Shown piece after piece: positions 1 to 14,358 of a stretch of 64,000 nt of DNA (position 1 is its first letter; every line of letters starts with the position of its first letter). The notes beneath the pieces were generated by a model. The model was given only the letters and a program-made list of their open reading frames with translations, searched no databases and had not been told where the DNA came from. The stretch is from assembly GCA_010015585.1 (NCBI GenBank), contig ML975163.1; one strand, written 5' to 3'. A program made the position numbers and the translations under genes. The DNA comes from Eremomyces bilateralis CBS 781.70. Taxonomy: Eukaryota.

Positions 1-298
1 CAGCCCCAAAACGCAAGAAGAAGGTTCGGATAGATCCCAATGTTAAGTTCGCACAGATTAAAGAGATCAAAGTAGCGCAAGAGGCTGTACGGCTTCTGGA
101 GGCAAATACTATACTAGAACAGAGTATTCCCGTGGCTGAAACTATACCAGACGCTCCCCAAGATGCTGTACAATAGTCCTATGGTTTGAATTTTCAATAT
201 AATTACGTGGTGGTAGAGATGTCACGGTTTTCATGATGGTGGCTAAGATGGTGATACTGGCCAAGTAGGTGGTTGGCCAACAGGCAGGGGTTCGAACT
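1..298 (+). mobile_element. 3' end of a degenerate Fot1/pogo-like (Tc1-mariner) DNA transposon: transposase C-terminus plus right TIR
   Basis: Frame 3 reads APKRKKKVRIDPNVKFAQIKEIKVAQEA, resembling fungal pogo/Fot1 transposase C-termini, with a stop at 174 and a frameshift. The end reads AGTTCGAACCCC... on the minus strand, contains two TGGCCAA direct repeats, and is followed by TA at 299-300. Confidence 0.65.
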
Positions 299-576
299 TA
301 GTGGACCAGGCGGCTCGGCCCGGAAATCTAGCGGCGGCATTCAGACGCCAGCGAGGCAGCGATGTTGGATTTTCATCGCGACTTTTGTCCTTTAAGACTT
401 TGACCACGTTCAGGTAGGACCTAAGTGAACTTGTCATATTCATTATGCTGTGCTACTTGAATTAATCCGCCATTCCAGAGCCTCTCGCCGAATGTGATAG
501 CCTGCGTTTTGTGTTCCGAGCAGCATACTGATCACACCAACTCGCCCTGTTGCGTGTCATAAAAGGGCCCCATGAT

Positions 577-2653
577 CTATACCCGCCTTGTCCGCCTAGC
601 AGCCACTACTGCTGCCACTTCCGCTTCCGTACCCACCGTTGGAGGCTGTCTCGGTACATCAAGAAGCGTTGATGGGTTGCTCCTAAACTCCCGATCGGTC
701 GGGCTGCTCCGAGAGTCCCGTGCGGTTGGGGTTCCATCCGGGTTACCCACTGGTAACGCTCCTGCCATCTCCACGCTCTCCAGAGTTGCCCGGCTGGGTG
801 GACGCAACTCTTCATGTTCCCCATGCTCCGGAGCCTGATCCTCCTTTTCCTCGAAAGTCCAGGCACCGACAGCTTTGGGGACAGTGACCATACTCATGGC
901 AATGACTAGTTCAATAACGCTGCTTGCCACCCCGAACCACGTGCCATGCCGGAACCTTTGAGATTCAACTCTGGAAGTGGCCTCCGAGGCCATGTGGCCA
1001 AAGGCGATGAGCAAGCTCATTCCGAGGAAGTACATTGTGTGGATCAGGGCCGCAGCGAGTCCTTGCTTGCGTCTTGGGAAATTTGTCATGATGAAGACGG
1101 TCGAAACCGCGTACAGCAAGTCGAACCCGAGAGCGATACAAATCATGGGCAGGAATATGACAACCCAATAACTTGGTACATCTTTTATGTAGAGAAATGA
1201 CAAGAACGCAATAATATTTGCAAGGCTCGAGACTACGAGGAGATATTTGCCGTCGAATCGACGAATGAGCAGCCAGCCACCGACAGGAATAAGCATTCCA
1301 GCGATTGCCCTTGGCATGAACCACAGTGCTGCTATGGTTGCGTTTCTGTGTGCGTAAACCCAATAGATGCTATGTCCTTGTCAGCAGTGACCATTGAAAC
1401 CCAGATACTAGCTCTCAGGTCATTTCCTTGGGTCCTAGTACCAACCGCCAAAGACTTGTTTTAAAAATAGACTCTGTACTTACTGCTGGAAGAGATGGAA
1501 CATCAAGACCCCATACGATGCAAATCCACAAAGTAGTGCCAGTGCCAATGGTCTCATATGGGTGACTTTGAGGATGTCGAACGGAATGAGCGGTTCTGCT
1601 GCTACCTTCCACTCGACGTATGCGAAAGCAGCAAGAAGTGCAACTCCGGCAATGAAAGTCGAATATACCAGTGGCGATGCCCATTTAGCTGCCGTATGCG
1701 GACTGAGGAGGATCGCGAAGGTGGAAAGACCCAAACTGGATGCAAGGAGCAACAGCCCAAGCCAATCTTGCCCGCGGACTGTGCTCACTCTCTCCCACGG
1801 CCATATAATGTACCAGAATGATATCAAGGCCAAGGGTGTGCTTATAAGTGCCCCGATGAAGAAAAACCACGACCAACCCATGGTTTCAACCAGCATACCT
1901 CCGACTGCAGAGCCTAGGAGGTATCCAAGCCCAAAAGAAGCACCGTAAAAGACGTATGCCCAAGTCTTTCTTTCCGCCGGTCGGTACGCTTTTCCAAGGA
2001 GAGAGAGTCCGGCAGGAAGAAATGCAGCCGGTCCGAGTGCGGAGATTGCTCGTAATACGAGGAACATGGTGTAGTTGACAGAGAAACCAGTGATTAGGTT
2101 CGTGACATAGAACCAGGCGATTCCCAAATGGAACATTGCGTATTCACCGATAGCATCAATCAGATGGCCCATTGGGAGGATGAAGCACGCAACCGTGAGA
2201 GTGAATGCATTGAGGGTCCAGGCGTGGGTTGATTCAGGGAAATCAAGTGCGACATGGAGTTGGGGCATGATAACGAGGAACCCGTTGGTGAAGTATTCCT
2301 AATATTCGAAAAGATAGTGTTAGTGCGACCTCATATGAGAAGGTATAGGGATCTTGGTGATGTACCGATAGCATAGCTGACATCATTATGGTGATCAAGA
2401 AGATCATTTCTCCCGCCATAGTCATATTGCCAGGTCCACTCATTCTAGGCAATTCTAACTCCTCTAGGCTGGGCCGTGACCTTGGTGACGGGCCGCCAGG
2501 GTTCGAGGCAAGAGGGAGTAGAGCTCTAGCGGCACCGATCTCCGAAGTATTTTGCGGTAGTGTCTGGGGAGGAGAAGGTGGAGGAGGCCGGCGAGGAAGG
2601 GGGGGAGGAGGGGGGGAGGGAGCAACCTCCCTGGGTTCCTTTCCTGGTGCCAT
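577..2653 (-). CDS. MFS drug/H+ antiporter (DHA2 / aminotriazole-resistance-like), spliced
   Basis: ORFs 2243-2653, 1480-2268 and 577-1317 join into a multi-TM protein with MFS motifs (WTLNAFTLTVACFILPMGHLID, LRAISALGPAAFLP, GWSWFF). Confidence 0.85.
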
Positions 2654-3294
2654 TGGACAATATCCTATGTGATTGAAAGGACTGGAACGACTAAACCGAC
2701 TGAAACAACTGAAACAACTGAGAACAACAGGGACTCAAACATTGATCACCGAGATAGGATGATGATGGTTGGTGGTCGGATATGAATCAAGATAATCAGT
2801 GGAGCGAGATGAAAGAAGCAGGGTATCTGAAGTGAAAATTCACCAACAGCAACAGGGAGTCCGATAATCACTTCCTGGATGAAGCCGCCATTCTCCAAAT
2901 AAGTGAAACTGAATAATACAGACTCATGTATGAGGCAACAAACTGTGTTGGCGAGGTGACGAGGCGGCAACTTTCCCTTCCTTATTGCAGCGAAGACAAG
3001 TCGCACAATCGTTATCGCCAGATGTCCCATCTTCCAGTCCTGAGCTCCTAATCCATGCTGCAGATTCTGCACTGCATGTTTGGACAATAGCGTTATGCGT
3101 GCTTTGTCGAACAGGCGCACAACCAAGCCAGTTCAAGGGTGTCCCATACTGTGAAGAACCCCTGAGTATCGCTAGCAGATCCACCACAAGGATTACAGAA
3201 ACTATACTCGCAATAGACACTTCCTACCATCTCTGAACGTATCTATGGGGCCTCATATGCAGATGAAGGAAGACTTAGCCTGTAGAGCAAACCT

Positions 3295-5584
3295 CTAGCC
3301 TGCTCCGCTACCCTTTCCTTCCTTCATGGCAACCTGCATCAAACGCCCAACCCCTTCAACCCCATGCTTGCTGAGCCACTCCACAACGACCACCCTAAAT
3401 TCTCTCCAAGTCATTTCTTCCCCTGTACTCTTCGTCCACTCCTCCAGAGACCGCTGGGAAACCGGCATTTTCAACGTGGAAAAGACATCCTGCTTCCCCA
3501 TGTTTCGGCCAAACTCTTCCCACGCTTCTTTGGCCAGTGAAATAAGCGCCAAATGATTCGCCACATTTCCGAACTCCTTGAGATCTAGGCCGAATCCCTG
3601 TGTAGACCACCATCTCTTCAGAGCAGCAACATACTCGGGGCTTAATCCGAACGCATATCCGCCATGGCTAGTGTCGAAGGCGCGGTTTCGCCATAGTAAG
3701 TTCACGGAATCGAGGATATGTGAATTGAATGTTTGTGTCGTGGTTGCTGACGGTGCGTTGCGGGATGATGAACGGATGAGCATTTCAAGCGGTGGTTTAT
3801 ACGATGCAAGGACAGCGGTCCCCAGATTAAGAGAGGGAAGATGTGGAGAGGCAAGTAATGGAGACACGATGTGTGCCGGCATCAGAGGAAGCGGAAATAA
3901 AGATGGGGAAAAGAGGTCTGGAATGATCCGGTAGATATGGGGTAGAGAAGGTATGGAGAGATCTGATTGAGGATGACCGCAAGAAAGTGGGCAGGATCGG
4001 GTGATCTGCTCGACGAAAGAGTAGATGCTTTCAATTTGAAAGCGTAGCATACCAGTCCCCAAAGAAGAGTGGCTACACAATTTCTCTTCTTGAGCCCAGT
4101 TCCACAGAAGAGAAATTAGCGGCGAGCATATTAAAGAGTGAAGCTTGTCGGGAGGGATCCGAGCCCGGACAACGTTTATGCGGGAGAAGTACGCTTCATA
4201 GGGCGCTAGAAAACTTAATCAGCCACAGGCGCGATGATGGGCATGATAGTTGTACTACCTGTGAGGTCGTGAAGTGGGAGATAGGGCAAGATAGCCATCA
4301 GCGACGATAGGTTCGGATCTTCCTCCGCAACGCAGTCGTCGAGGTACTGTTTGACGAAGGTTTGAGCAAGCGGCGACAGTGGCTATCCAGTCGTTAGAAT
4401 AGGCCGACTCTGGAACCAGGCATAACTCACCTCCTTAGTTCGATAGTGAAAGTCTGCTAAGCCCGCCAACACTTCTCGCAAATGGCCATCATCTTCACCC
4501 CCTTCCCTCAAATTTCTTAGCTCGTCGTCAAAGACCTGCGCCAACCAGAACTGCAACCGCTTTCTTAAATCGTCGGACGGATGAAGGGTGAGGTAGTGCT
4601 GTAATAAGGGATCTCGCAACGCAGACGCCATCTGCGATGGCGGCTCCACCTTCTCGTAGACCTCCACAAACCGCTCGACGGAATCAATCTCCTCCAGGGT
4701 GACCGATTCCTCACTCGCGTATGCCGTCCGCACTTCCGGGACAACCCCTCTCCTCCCTCTCCTTTTCCCCCGCTGCACAGAGAACCCTCCTCCCGGCGCA
4801 TCCGCCACCAAGTCCCTCGCCCTTCCCTGAATCTCCTTCAACCGCCCTACTAACTCCCAATCGGGCCCTTTCAACCTCGTCCGCCTCCCTTGAGCTACAC
4901 CGACGCTCACAATGACCTCCGGATAAAACTCTTTGAATACCCCAAGCAGCCCGACCAGCGGCGCTGTATCACCCGCCCCGCGACACAGCTCCAGCAACAT
5001 CTGGATCCGATACGGGCGCACATGCGCGCGGCGGGTGATCCGCGCGAGCAGCGCACAGAGCGCCGGGCGCAGGGCACCGACGTCGAGGAGGGAGAAGAGC
5101 AGACCGTAGACGCGAGATAGAATCCGTGGTTCCTCGAAGGCGGACGGTACGGCGGTGAGGTTGAGGAGCCAGAGGAGGATGGAGATTTGGGTAGGGAGGG
5201 GGGGTTTGGTGGGAGAGGGACCGAGAGCGGAGAGGGCGGGGAGGATGAGAGAGGTGGGGAGGGGTGAGAGGGGAAAGAGGTTGGTGAAGAGGATATTGAT
5301 CGTGGAGTGAGGAAGACAGTTGGGTTGGGGAATAAGGAGAAGGGGAATAAGGCGCGTTAGTTGCGGGAGAGTGAGGCCGGACGAGAGGGCTTGGGCAGCG
5401 AGGGATTCAGCATATGGTTCAGACTTGAGCGTTCGGGATCGCGATGTGAGCTTGACGGCTATAGCAGTATTGTCAATATTCCTTCAACAAGACGAAAGAG
5501 CTTCTTGAGGATGAGATGCTAACCTTCTGAGAGCCGGTCGAGACAGTCTTCGATCGGGTAGTAAGGGTCTTCGGCATCAGCCAT
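3295..5584 (-). CDS. mis6: Kinetochore protein CENP-I / Mis6 family, multi-exon
   Basis: PYRIQMLLEL...LLGVFKEFYPEVIV, VTLEEIDSVERFVE, PSQMASALRDPLLQHYL and NSHILDSVNLLWRNRAF are Mis6-like. ATG at 5584 is followed by a GT..AG intron. Confidence 0.85.
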
Positions 5585-5720
5585 CTGCGTATCCCCATCT
5601 TGTGACCCCATCCTGTCATTCCTAGCTCTTGTGTTTGCACTTTTATGATATTTTGAACATCTCCTCCCGAATGGGGTGATAGCATGGAATTAATGTCTTC
5701 GTTAGAACGCGATCGGAAGG

Positions 5721-5726
5721 ACGCGT
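5721..5726. promoter_or_regulatory. Possible MCB element (ACGCGT) upstream of mis6
   Basis: ACGCGT ~140 bp upstream of the mis6 ATG, with a near-copy ACGCGA at 5707. A short motif that may be chance. Confidence 0.3.
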
Positions 5727-6398
5727 CTTGTGAGCGTGGTCACGTGCGGTGATCAATTTCAACCGCTGAAGACGATCGATATGTTGGATATTATATCGGC
5801 AAGAGCACCATCGAAAAAACTACAAGGTCTGGCTATTTGACCCTGACGATGCTTCTAGCAATTCACCCTCGTGGTCATTGCTTTGCCCGGCTAATATGGA
5901 TCCAGAATTGAGATCAAATAGTTGCAGGTCTAACCAAAGTCGGAACGATAAATCCTATCAATTGCCATCATCTGCCATAAAAGCTTTTCTAACTGCCTGG
6001 TATCTCAAATATATCGATAGATCGGTAAATAACCTCATCAACCACGGTGTCATCACCCCTGTCATCATCATTTTCCTTCTATAAACATCCTGTTCACCCT
6101 CCGTCATCGTCCCAGTGGACTATAAAACAGGATTGGGTACCTCCGTTCATACCCCAAGAAGATTCCGTACAAATACAAGCGTACCAGTACGTTAGAATGA
6201 AAAGCCAGTAAAAGCCCAAAGCCCGCTATCCGCTGTACGCCGAAGGAAAGCAAATATTAAGTCGACCTGATTCCGGGGCCGATGATATATCCGAACTCGG
6301 AAACGGAAGATTGAGAACGGAACTCCACGCACTGCAAACCGCCGTCTTAAATCAAAGATCGAGTGCCACCAAAGCGCCCCCATTATTCCTCACTCCGC

Positions 6399-7918
6399 TT
6401 ATGAATGGAACAGATCCCACGCCCGGTCACACAACCTCAAGAACTCCTCTTTCTTCCTCTGCACACTCTCCGGGCTATCCCGCCCCTCGCCAAACGCGCC
6501 CCGCTTTTCAGGCCCGCGTCCCAGCGGCGGCGTCCCCATATCCCGTTCATACTCCTCCCTCGTCCTCCGGCGCGACGTCGACCCTGTGCTGCTTGGATGC
6601 GGCATCTCGGGCCGGTCGCGCTCACGCTCGTAGTTATAGCTCGCGTGCGGGTGTGGATGCGAGTGGGCGGCGGCAGAGGGGGCGGAGAGGCCGAGGTGGG
6701 CTTTTTGCGGAATGGGAGACGGAGGGGTGGGGGGCTGGTGGCCGCCGTAGTGGACGATGCGGGGGAGGAGGTCCTCGCGGCCGCCGGACATGGATTGAAC
6801 AGCGTCCTCGGCGGAGTTGAATTCGCGACGGGTGGATTGTGGGAGTTGCGAGAGTTGTTGGTTGTGTGGCAGTTGGTGCGGGTGGGAGTTGGAGGTGGGT
6901 GGGAATCCAGGCGAGGGGAGGGGGACCTGGTGGGTGGAATGCGAGGAGGGCGAGTGGTGGAAGGTCGGGCGGGCGGTGTGCGGGGCGGCGGAGTTGAGTT
7001 CGGAAGCGAAGACGTCGGTAATGGGGGGTAGGCGGTTGTTGGTTTGAGTGGCGGGGACGTGGTGGATGTGAGAAGTGTGTGAAAGGGACGCGGGTTGGTT
7101 GGCGATGTGTCGCGTGAGGGGTTGAATGGTCTGTCGCAATCCTGTGAAAGTCTGGTTGATAGGAGCCGACTGGATCACTCGCTCGTTGGCGAACTGCTCG
7201 TGGGACGGCGGTGCGATAGAGAGTCCCGGGGGCGGCCCTTTGCGGCGAGAAGTTCCTGGAGTCTTGAGGGAGTTCTTGAGGGCGGAGGAAGGCTCCTTTT
7301 GTCCTTTTTGTCGAGCTTCGATAATTAGCCGCTGCTGCTCCCGGACGTCCATGCTGCGTTGAAGCTGTTCGCGCATCGAAGGGTCATGGGTCTGGAATCC
7401 GGGAGAGAGACAGGCCAGTCCGACGTCTTTCAGAGCCAGTCCGGCACTCTCCATGCCATTTGTGGGGAGACCTGGAGCACTGGTCATGTTCACGGAGAGG
7501 TCGAGACGACGAGGACGGTGACGCGTCGTGATTTCGGGAGAGGCGGGTTCTTTTTTCACGATCACCTTTGGCACGGCTCCATTGCGGCTTCTATATGGTC
7601 AAGTCAGCCTAGGTCACGGTACAGGCAATGCATCTGAACCTGGTCTCTTGCATTGCCAGAACGCAAGAGCCCCAAGACATCTGCACATGGCATTTCGAGA
7701 CAAGGTTGGTCTTACGTTGGTGAGTGTTTTCCATTTCCCATGCGCCTCAGTACTGTCCCTTCGCCGCCGGATACTGGACTGTTGCTGAGTTGATTTCCGC
7801 TCGCCGAGCGACTATTCGGAGTCCCCGATGTACTACCCGACGGTTGGATTGTGGCGTACGCTCGCGTTGTCGCCTCCATAGAGGTGGTAATGGGCGGGTG
7901 GGCTACTGCCGTCGACAT
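6399..7918 (-). CDS. Conserved fungal hypothetical protein, low-complexity P/S/H-rich, two exons
   Basis: Exon 1 7918-~7716, GTAAG..TAG intron, then a long ORF ending KKEEFLRLCDRAWDLFHS. Contains the conserved-looking block VGLACLSPGF...MREQLQRS. Confidence 0.8.
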
Positions 7919-10900
7919 AGCTGCTATAGTATCTGTAGGATATCTTTTAATCCTTCAACGTATATTCGAGGGGTCGATTTCCGTCGTAGAGGCCACGATC
8001 CGACCGGTGGGGCGGGTACAGGGTCGGACGAGTTTAAGGAGCGTTCGGTGCAAGTAGAGGGATCTACTCAGAGTAACGGGCGGCTGCACGAGGGGGAAGA
8101 AACCGGTGGCAGAGGAGAAAGGGAGGAACCCGAGGAAGGGATAGGTGGTGGGAGAGGGAAGATGTGAAGTAGGAGAAGGATGTAAATGAGAGACGAGACA
8201 AGTGGTGGTGCAAGAAGGAAGGGTTTGGCGATTATACTAAGTAGGTTTAGGCGTAGGGACGGGATTTCCTTAGGCCTTGCTGACTCCAGCGAGGTTAGGG
8301 GGATTCTGCGACAGGATCGCTGATCACTGATGGGAGGGACGGGAGGACGGGGATTGCTGCGATGCTGAAGCTGAAAGGAGAACGGCAACTAGCCGAGCAA
8401 CCCCTTTCTTGGGACCAGAGCAATATAGGATGGGTTGATTGGTTTTCGCCTGGCCGTCGCACTGTACCTCTCCAAATCTGATGTTCCGTCGATAGAGGGA
8501 TTGTGGGAAATGATTGGAACGGCCCAGGGAGAACGAGAAAGACCGGATGAGGAATTGACTATTGAGTATGGAGGGGGGACTGGGGAGGGATCGGGGGCAA
8601 GGGGGGCCCAGAGTTTAACAATTCAACATCCAAGGGATGCCGACAGGGCTAGAGGGCGAGCTACCAACTACCAATTGACGATTGGCGGCATTCCAAAGGT
8701 TTAAACAAGACGATGGACATGGAGTAGCCGAGCAAGTTGTAAAGGAGACATCGGACATGGGGTCGGCGTGTGGTCGTCGCAGGCTAAGCACGACGATGAA
8801 ACCGAAGCGTGGAGGCGAGAGGTGCAGAACGGCCAGGGGCTTGCAAATTTATCATTTACTCCATACACAATTATGATTTATGGCTTTTCTCATTTCTGCC
8901 GCAACGGGTTTCCTGACTGGCTTATTCTTTCCAACTCCTGGAGAGAATCTGAGAAATGACCGGGTTTACCGACTCCCATTTGCCATTTAGCGTGGTGCAT
9001 TTCCATTTGAGCTGGCATCTTTGCTTCCCGTAGTCACTGTCGTGCAGAAGCGTAAAACCAAAGTGGGGCCAACCCTTTCGGGCTCCGTACTCAAATAGGT
9101 ACTTGTCCCTCTGCTGCATGATTCTTGTGTGTGCGAGTTGTGAAAGTATCGAGAATTCCGCTTGATAATCACGATGGGGAAATTGAACCACTCCTGCAAA
9201 GGATCAGTGGAGCGAGTGGAGCGAGATGATACGAAGATCGCACGCTTTAAGCCTTCGACAGATCCCTCCTCGTGGAAGTGGAAACACGCGAGAGTTTCAA
9301 TAGGGAATGGGAGTCATCCATATTTACACACGATGCACATTATACCGGTATCTGACCATTGCCTTGTGGTCCGAGTTGTGGGTGATGCTGTCAATCATGA
9401 AGATCTCTCAAATCTCGATCCATGGAACATCATCGCTTTGCCGCAAGTCTGCCTCGTCGCACAACACCAAAGTCCGTCTCAAACATGCGGTAGTAACGTG
9501 TGCTCATCCTATCGGACCAAGATCACACAGCAGTCCTCCGGATACATACAGACTAGTCAATAGTCATATTCCCTTCTCAGTCCTCACCATCGCTGTAACA
9601 TATCCAACCCACTCCACTCTTGGGCTCCCCCGAAAACGAAACTGCGAATTGCGATGAAGGTCGCATTATTCGCACATTTGCAGCCATCGCTGTTTTAGCC
9701 GCCGCAGATGACTTCCGCACGCGCTAGGATTGGCACCCCCTGCGGCCTCTCACTGGTCGACGAACGCCTCCAGCAGCTCCAGCTACACCCTGCGGCCCAC
9801 CGTCTCCGTAGCGCAAGGGCCTTTTTCAAACGTTTCACGCGTCAGATTCGAGATGAGCCAGTGAGCCGGCAAGCCAAGACGGACCCCTTCACTTTTCCTT
9901 TTGGACGATCCAGGCCCTTTGCAAGCACTCCAGCAACCATGAACCATGATGCATTTCGATTTTCCGCGCTTTGGGCTGATCGGTTCCGCCGTCGGTTCTG
10001 GACAAGGCGTCGTCTCATCCTCACAAATATGTTTTACAGTGTAACAAGTCTAATGACTAGCGAGAGAACAAAATGAGCCAGGACGACTGGACGAGCCCTA
10101 AGTACAGGGCCAGAAGAAATTCCCCATCAACCAGATGCCTGGTTCGAGGGATCGCCGCCAGGGAAGCCCATGGCGTGGCCGCTATCCAATTCAATATTGC
10201 AATATCTTAATGTCACTCCTTGCTCCAGGTTTCTTCTCCATTGTGTATCATCATTCCCTACCAATCAAAGCCCCGGGCTGTCTTTCCTCCGTTGCATCGC
10301 CGTTGTCCGTCCTCTTCGAGCTTGTTTCTTCTCCACCCGTGCGATTGGAAGTGTGTTGGGCCGGATGGCGTGGTCTCACTTCAACATGTCATTCCGAAAC
10401 CTCCAGTTCCGAAATGTCTAGCTCCAATCGACCGAAGGGCAATTCGACATTCATTCCTGCGGTCTCATGGCTGGCATAGAAGCACCTCAAATGCAATGCA
10501 CCATTCCTTCGTTGTAGCGCCAATAGTATCTCCGCGGCATCCTCCCAAAACCGCAATCCGGCGCTTGGAGAAGTGGGAGGCTGCAACCCGACCCAACGCT
10601 CCATCTACTGGCCGTAGCGTTGCCGCCCGACACCAGTCGCTTCTGCGTGCTCGACCGTACATAAAGTTGCATCTATCTTCCCTTTCAGGCCGGATGATGC
10701 AAGTTTGACTCAAGTTCTTCTCGCTTAGGCGCGGTGGTTCTGCCGCTTCGCGGATTTGTGCGACTTCAACGGGAATGTCACATTGGACTTACTTTGGAGA
10801 GCCAGATACCCCGCAAAGGCGTGCTGCAAACTGACCCGTTGAGGGTTCCATGTTGTTCGAGCCTCGAGGAGAATGGAGGGGAATCCCCTGCCCTGTTAGC

Positions 10901-12610
10901 AAGTAGCCAGACGGCATATGTGATATGGTGGGGCAAAGATGTCTACCACATGCTAATATCGATCGAGCGGGCAATATATCGCTGAGCTTGACAGCTTTCG
11001 TCCGATGCAGCATGATAATAATAGAATTTCAAGGTTTGGGATAGATAATCCAGATCGAAGGATATATCACGACAATCGTGTTGTCGATTGGGGTCTATGA
11101 GAACCCTTGACTCCCAAATGCTTTGCGAGATAATTCCTTTCAAGTCTCAAGCCCTACATACGCTATGGGACCGACAACTGAACCGATCGTAGAACCGGGC
11201 TATATCTTGACGCAGATATACCTATGTCCATATTGAGGGCTGTTTTGAAACGTTGATCAGCACAGTTTGCGTAGAACCATAGACAGACAGTATAGCCCCA
11301 TCCAGTCAATGGCGGCCATGGCCGGTGCCCAGTCTCAACGGCTGCTACCCTCGCCCAGCAACGATGGCATTCTTGGCCTCTTATTTGACAATATGTCCGG
11401 CTGGTCGTTCATGAACATCAAACGGAAGCCCCGCCAACCTAGTCGGAATAGTCTCCTCCTCGCCAGTAACAAATGCAGCGCACCGCACGTTGTTTGTAAT
11501 ATTGCCGCACGACGGGAGGACACTTTTCGTGCCGGTATCAAATAAATTAGGCTAGGCGTGCATTTAGGACCCAGACTTTGGGTATACATGTACTGATATG
11601 TAGGCGAATAGTGCTACCGGAAGATATCCTAAGCCGAGGCAGTTGCCCGTTCGGGGTATATCAAGCCCAACTATTGCTTGACAGCTTGAGGGACTGTGAA
11701 AGTACGTTTCGCATGGTGAGGTAACAACAAGGTTTTCAAATAGAAAGAGGAAGCAGCAAATTGGATTCATCATTGACAGACGACAGAATATGCGTTGCTA
11801 GATCAACACGCTGATATTGATGGTTCCTGAAGACGTTGTCTTTTTGAGAAACATTGTCGTGCTCGCCAATAACCTACCACCGAGTCCATGTCCCCTAGGG
11901 CTGGAGCGGCATGGTTTCCATGAAGTCGTTGAATAGGACGCAGCGATTCCAACGCACGATAAATATCGTTAGATTGTCGCACAGGGAAGTATACAATACC
12001 CAGGACATCCTGAGAGATCGGCGATGGATTCTTGTAAAGCACCGGTACCCAAGCGCACAGGATCTCACTCCCGTAGATCTTCCGTTCGTCTGCTGCTCCA
12101 AAGTGCGACATTTATATTGGATCCAGCTTCTGCTCCGAGTGGAATTATCCGGCAAGCAACCGGATGACCACCCTCTCCTAGACACATACAGTCATACACC
12201 CGGGTTGTGTACTCGCGTAGCTCGCTTCTACGCCAGAGCCCTACTGCAGCCATAAAGTGGACATGTACACGGGTAGCAGCATACTGGAGCGTATGGCTAG
12301 GGCCTCTCGCGACTGTGAATGGATACCCTGATCCACCGGTATATGGCCAACACATACTGCATGGCTTGCGACGGATAGCGACAGTATGTCCTTGGGAGTA
12401 CCGAGGCAGTTTCGTCGACTGCATCGAGGTGCAGAATTCTGGAGTCGAGTAGTGAATCGCTACTGCTCGACTCCGATTCTCGAAGAAAATATATGGAGGG
12501 TCGGATGGTGAGCTCAGGCTCACGGTTGGGAGAGCGATTCTGGAGAAGAGGCCTCGGTCAGCCTCGATGTCGTCGCTGTATGGTAGCAGATCCTGATGTA
12601 AGGTCCAAAA

Positions 12611-13277
12611 TCATCCATTGGACTTGGGTGTCTCAGGCTGCATGTCCTGCGTCCGTTCAACACCCGGAGACACTTCGGAATCGTCCCCGTCTTGATCATC
12701 ATCATCATCGTGCTCGTCGAGCCCATCGCCATCCTCTTCTCCAACCGCAGCGCCCCCCTCCTGCCTGCTCTTCTCCTCCTCCAACTTCCGATACTTTCTT
12801 CTGCTCTTCTTCGCCCTGCTGCTTTTCTTCTTGCTCTGCCTATCGCGCTTGATCGCGCTCCGACTCGCCTCTCCATGCTCCCTCTCGTCCAGCGCCTCCG
12901 CCAGTCGTTTGCGCGCAATAACGCGGTTCTGCGACCGTGAGCGGGTGTCCTGGGATTTGACGACGAGTCCGGTGGGGATGTGGATAAGTTGGACGGCGGA
13001 GGTGGTTTTGTTCTAGGCCATGTCAGAATCCGGTCGCGCTGGAAGGACCAGGTGAGGAAATGAAATGCCATACAATCTTCTGCCCACCCGGCCCGGAGCC
13101 CCTCAGAAAGTTTTCGATAAGGTCATTGTCATCCACAGTAGGCTTCGGCGGAAGGGGTTTCTGTTTCGGCTTTTTTGCTGCCGCAATGGCGCTGGAGGAG
13201 AAGCGTGCCCTCTGAATTGCTGGAGCACGCCATGACTGAAGCGCTGTTGTGACCCGACGCCATTGATGGAATCGCAT
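12611..13277 (-). CDS. Mitochondrial class-I release-factor-like protein (RF-1 domain, C12orf65/mtRF-R-like)
   Basis: Basic N-terminal presequence; [42 protein letters not shown] across an intron at ~13014-13072; basic C-terminal tail; TGA at 12611. Confidence 0.9.
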
Positions 13278-13803
13278 TGGGGTTGTTTGCTACCGATTCA
13301 TCCCATCACCCAAATGATCTCAATAATCTGATGTCATTGATGGATCTGAATTCTAAGCATGGTAAAAAAAGATGAAACGCATGCACGCGTCTAGAACACC
13401 CCTTTTCTGCCCGCACACGTGTCTGCCCTGTGCCTCCTAGTGCTATTATCAGGGTATGAGTCGTTAGTGATCGGTGGAACCGCGCGAAGTCCGAACCTCA
13501 CCTCATCGGACGACTCGGCCTCTCCTAATATTTTTCTTAGATTGAAGTCTATCCCAGAATTGTCGATTTATTCAAGGCATCAAAATTTGTCAATTGGGGT
13601 ACAGAACGATCTCCGGATCCCAGATCCTAATTGTCGTGATCCTCCTATTTCCTCCACCCACCCCATCCACCACGTCGAAGATCCAGCGTTACCCGCATCG
13701 TTAATCGAAAGCACCGCAATTTCCGGCTGCCACCGCCTTCTCTTGAATCGCACGAATATCAGCCCTCGTTCTATCGCTTCCGCGGTCTTCCCGATCCGTC
13801 GCC

Positions 13804-14358
13804 ATGGCATCACTGGCAAACATCGCGCTCCCCGAGCTGAACTCCACAACCACTCTCCTTGCGATCGTTCCTGTAATCAGCATTGCACTGGGCGCTTCTC
13901 CTACTACCCGGAAATGGCTGTTGAGGAAGTATTATCAGTACGAGGTGACCATGTCTGTCTACATGATGAATAGAAATGAGACGATTGTCTTCAGTAAGTT
14001 TAAGTTTGGTCGCATCTCTGCGCTGTCAAGCTATTTGCTTCCAACTGCTTCGCACCTCTAGAAACTACATGGACATTGGCTGACATCCTCGTCCACAGAC
14101 CTCATCTTCCTCTCGATCCTCCTCCTCTTCTTCTGGGCCACCTTCTTCTACCTCCCTCGACATCTCTTCACTATCTACCCGCGTCTCATCTATTACATCT
14201 TTGGCGACGAGTCCGACAGCCTGCACGGCATGGTCAAGAACGGTATGGAGGCCTTGTGGGACGCTTCGCAGAGCGTGTTTGGGGACAGCAGTACCCTTGC
14301 GGAAACCGCCACTACGGCGGTATCGGAAGCGGTATCAGAAGCGGTTAGTCAGATCTGA
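13804..14358 (+). CDS. Serine palmitoyltransferase small-subunit-like protein (DUF3317)
   Basis: RKYYQYEVTMSVYMMNRNETIVF, an intron at ~13994-14098, then a hydrophobic segment LIFLSILLLFFWATFFYLPRHL. Confidence 0.8.

Noticed and set aside
2746..3240. Small ORFs between the MFS gene and mis6
   Set aside because: No convincing start, splice structure or family motif.
8400..12500. Many short ORFs in a 4-kb stretch
   Set aside because: No recognisable motifs or consistent codon bias; more likely a long regulatory or intergenic region.
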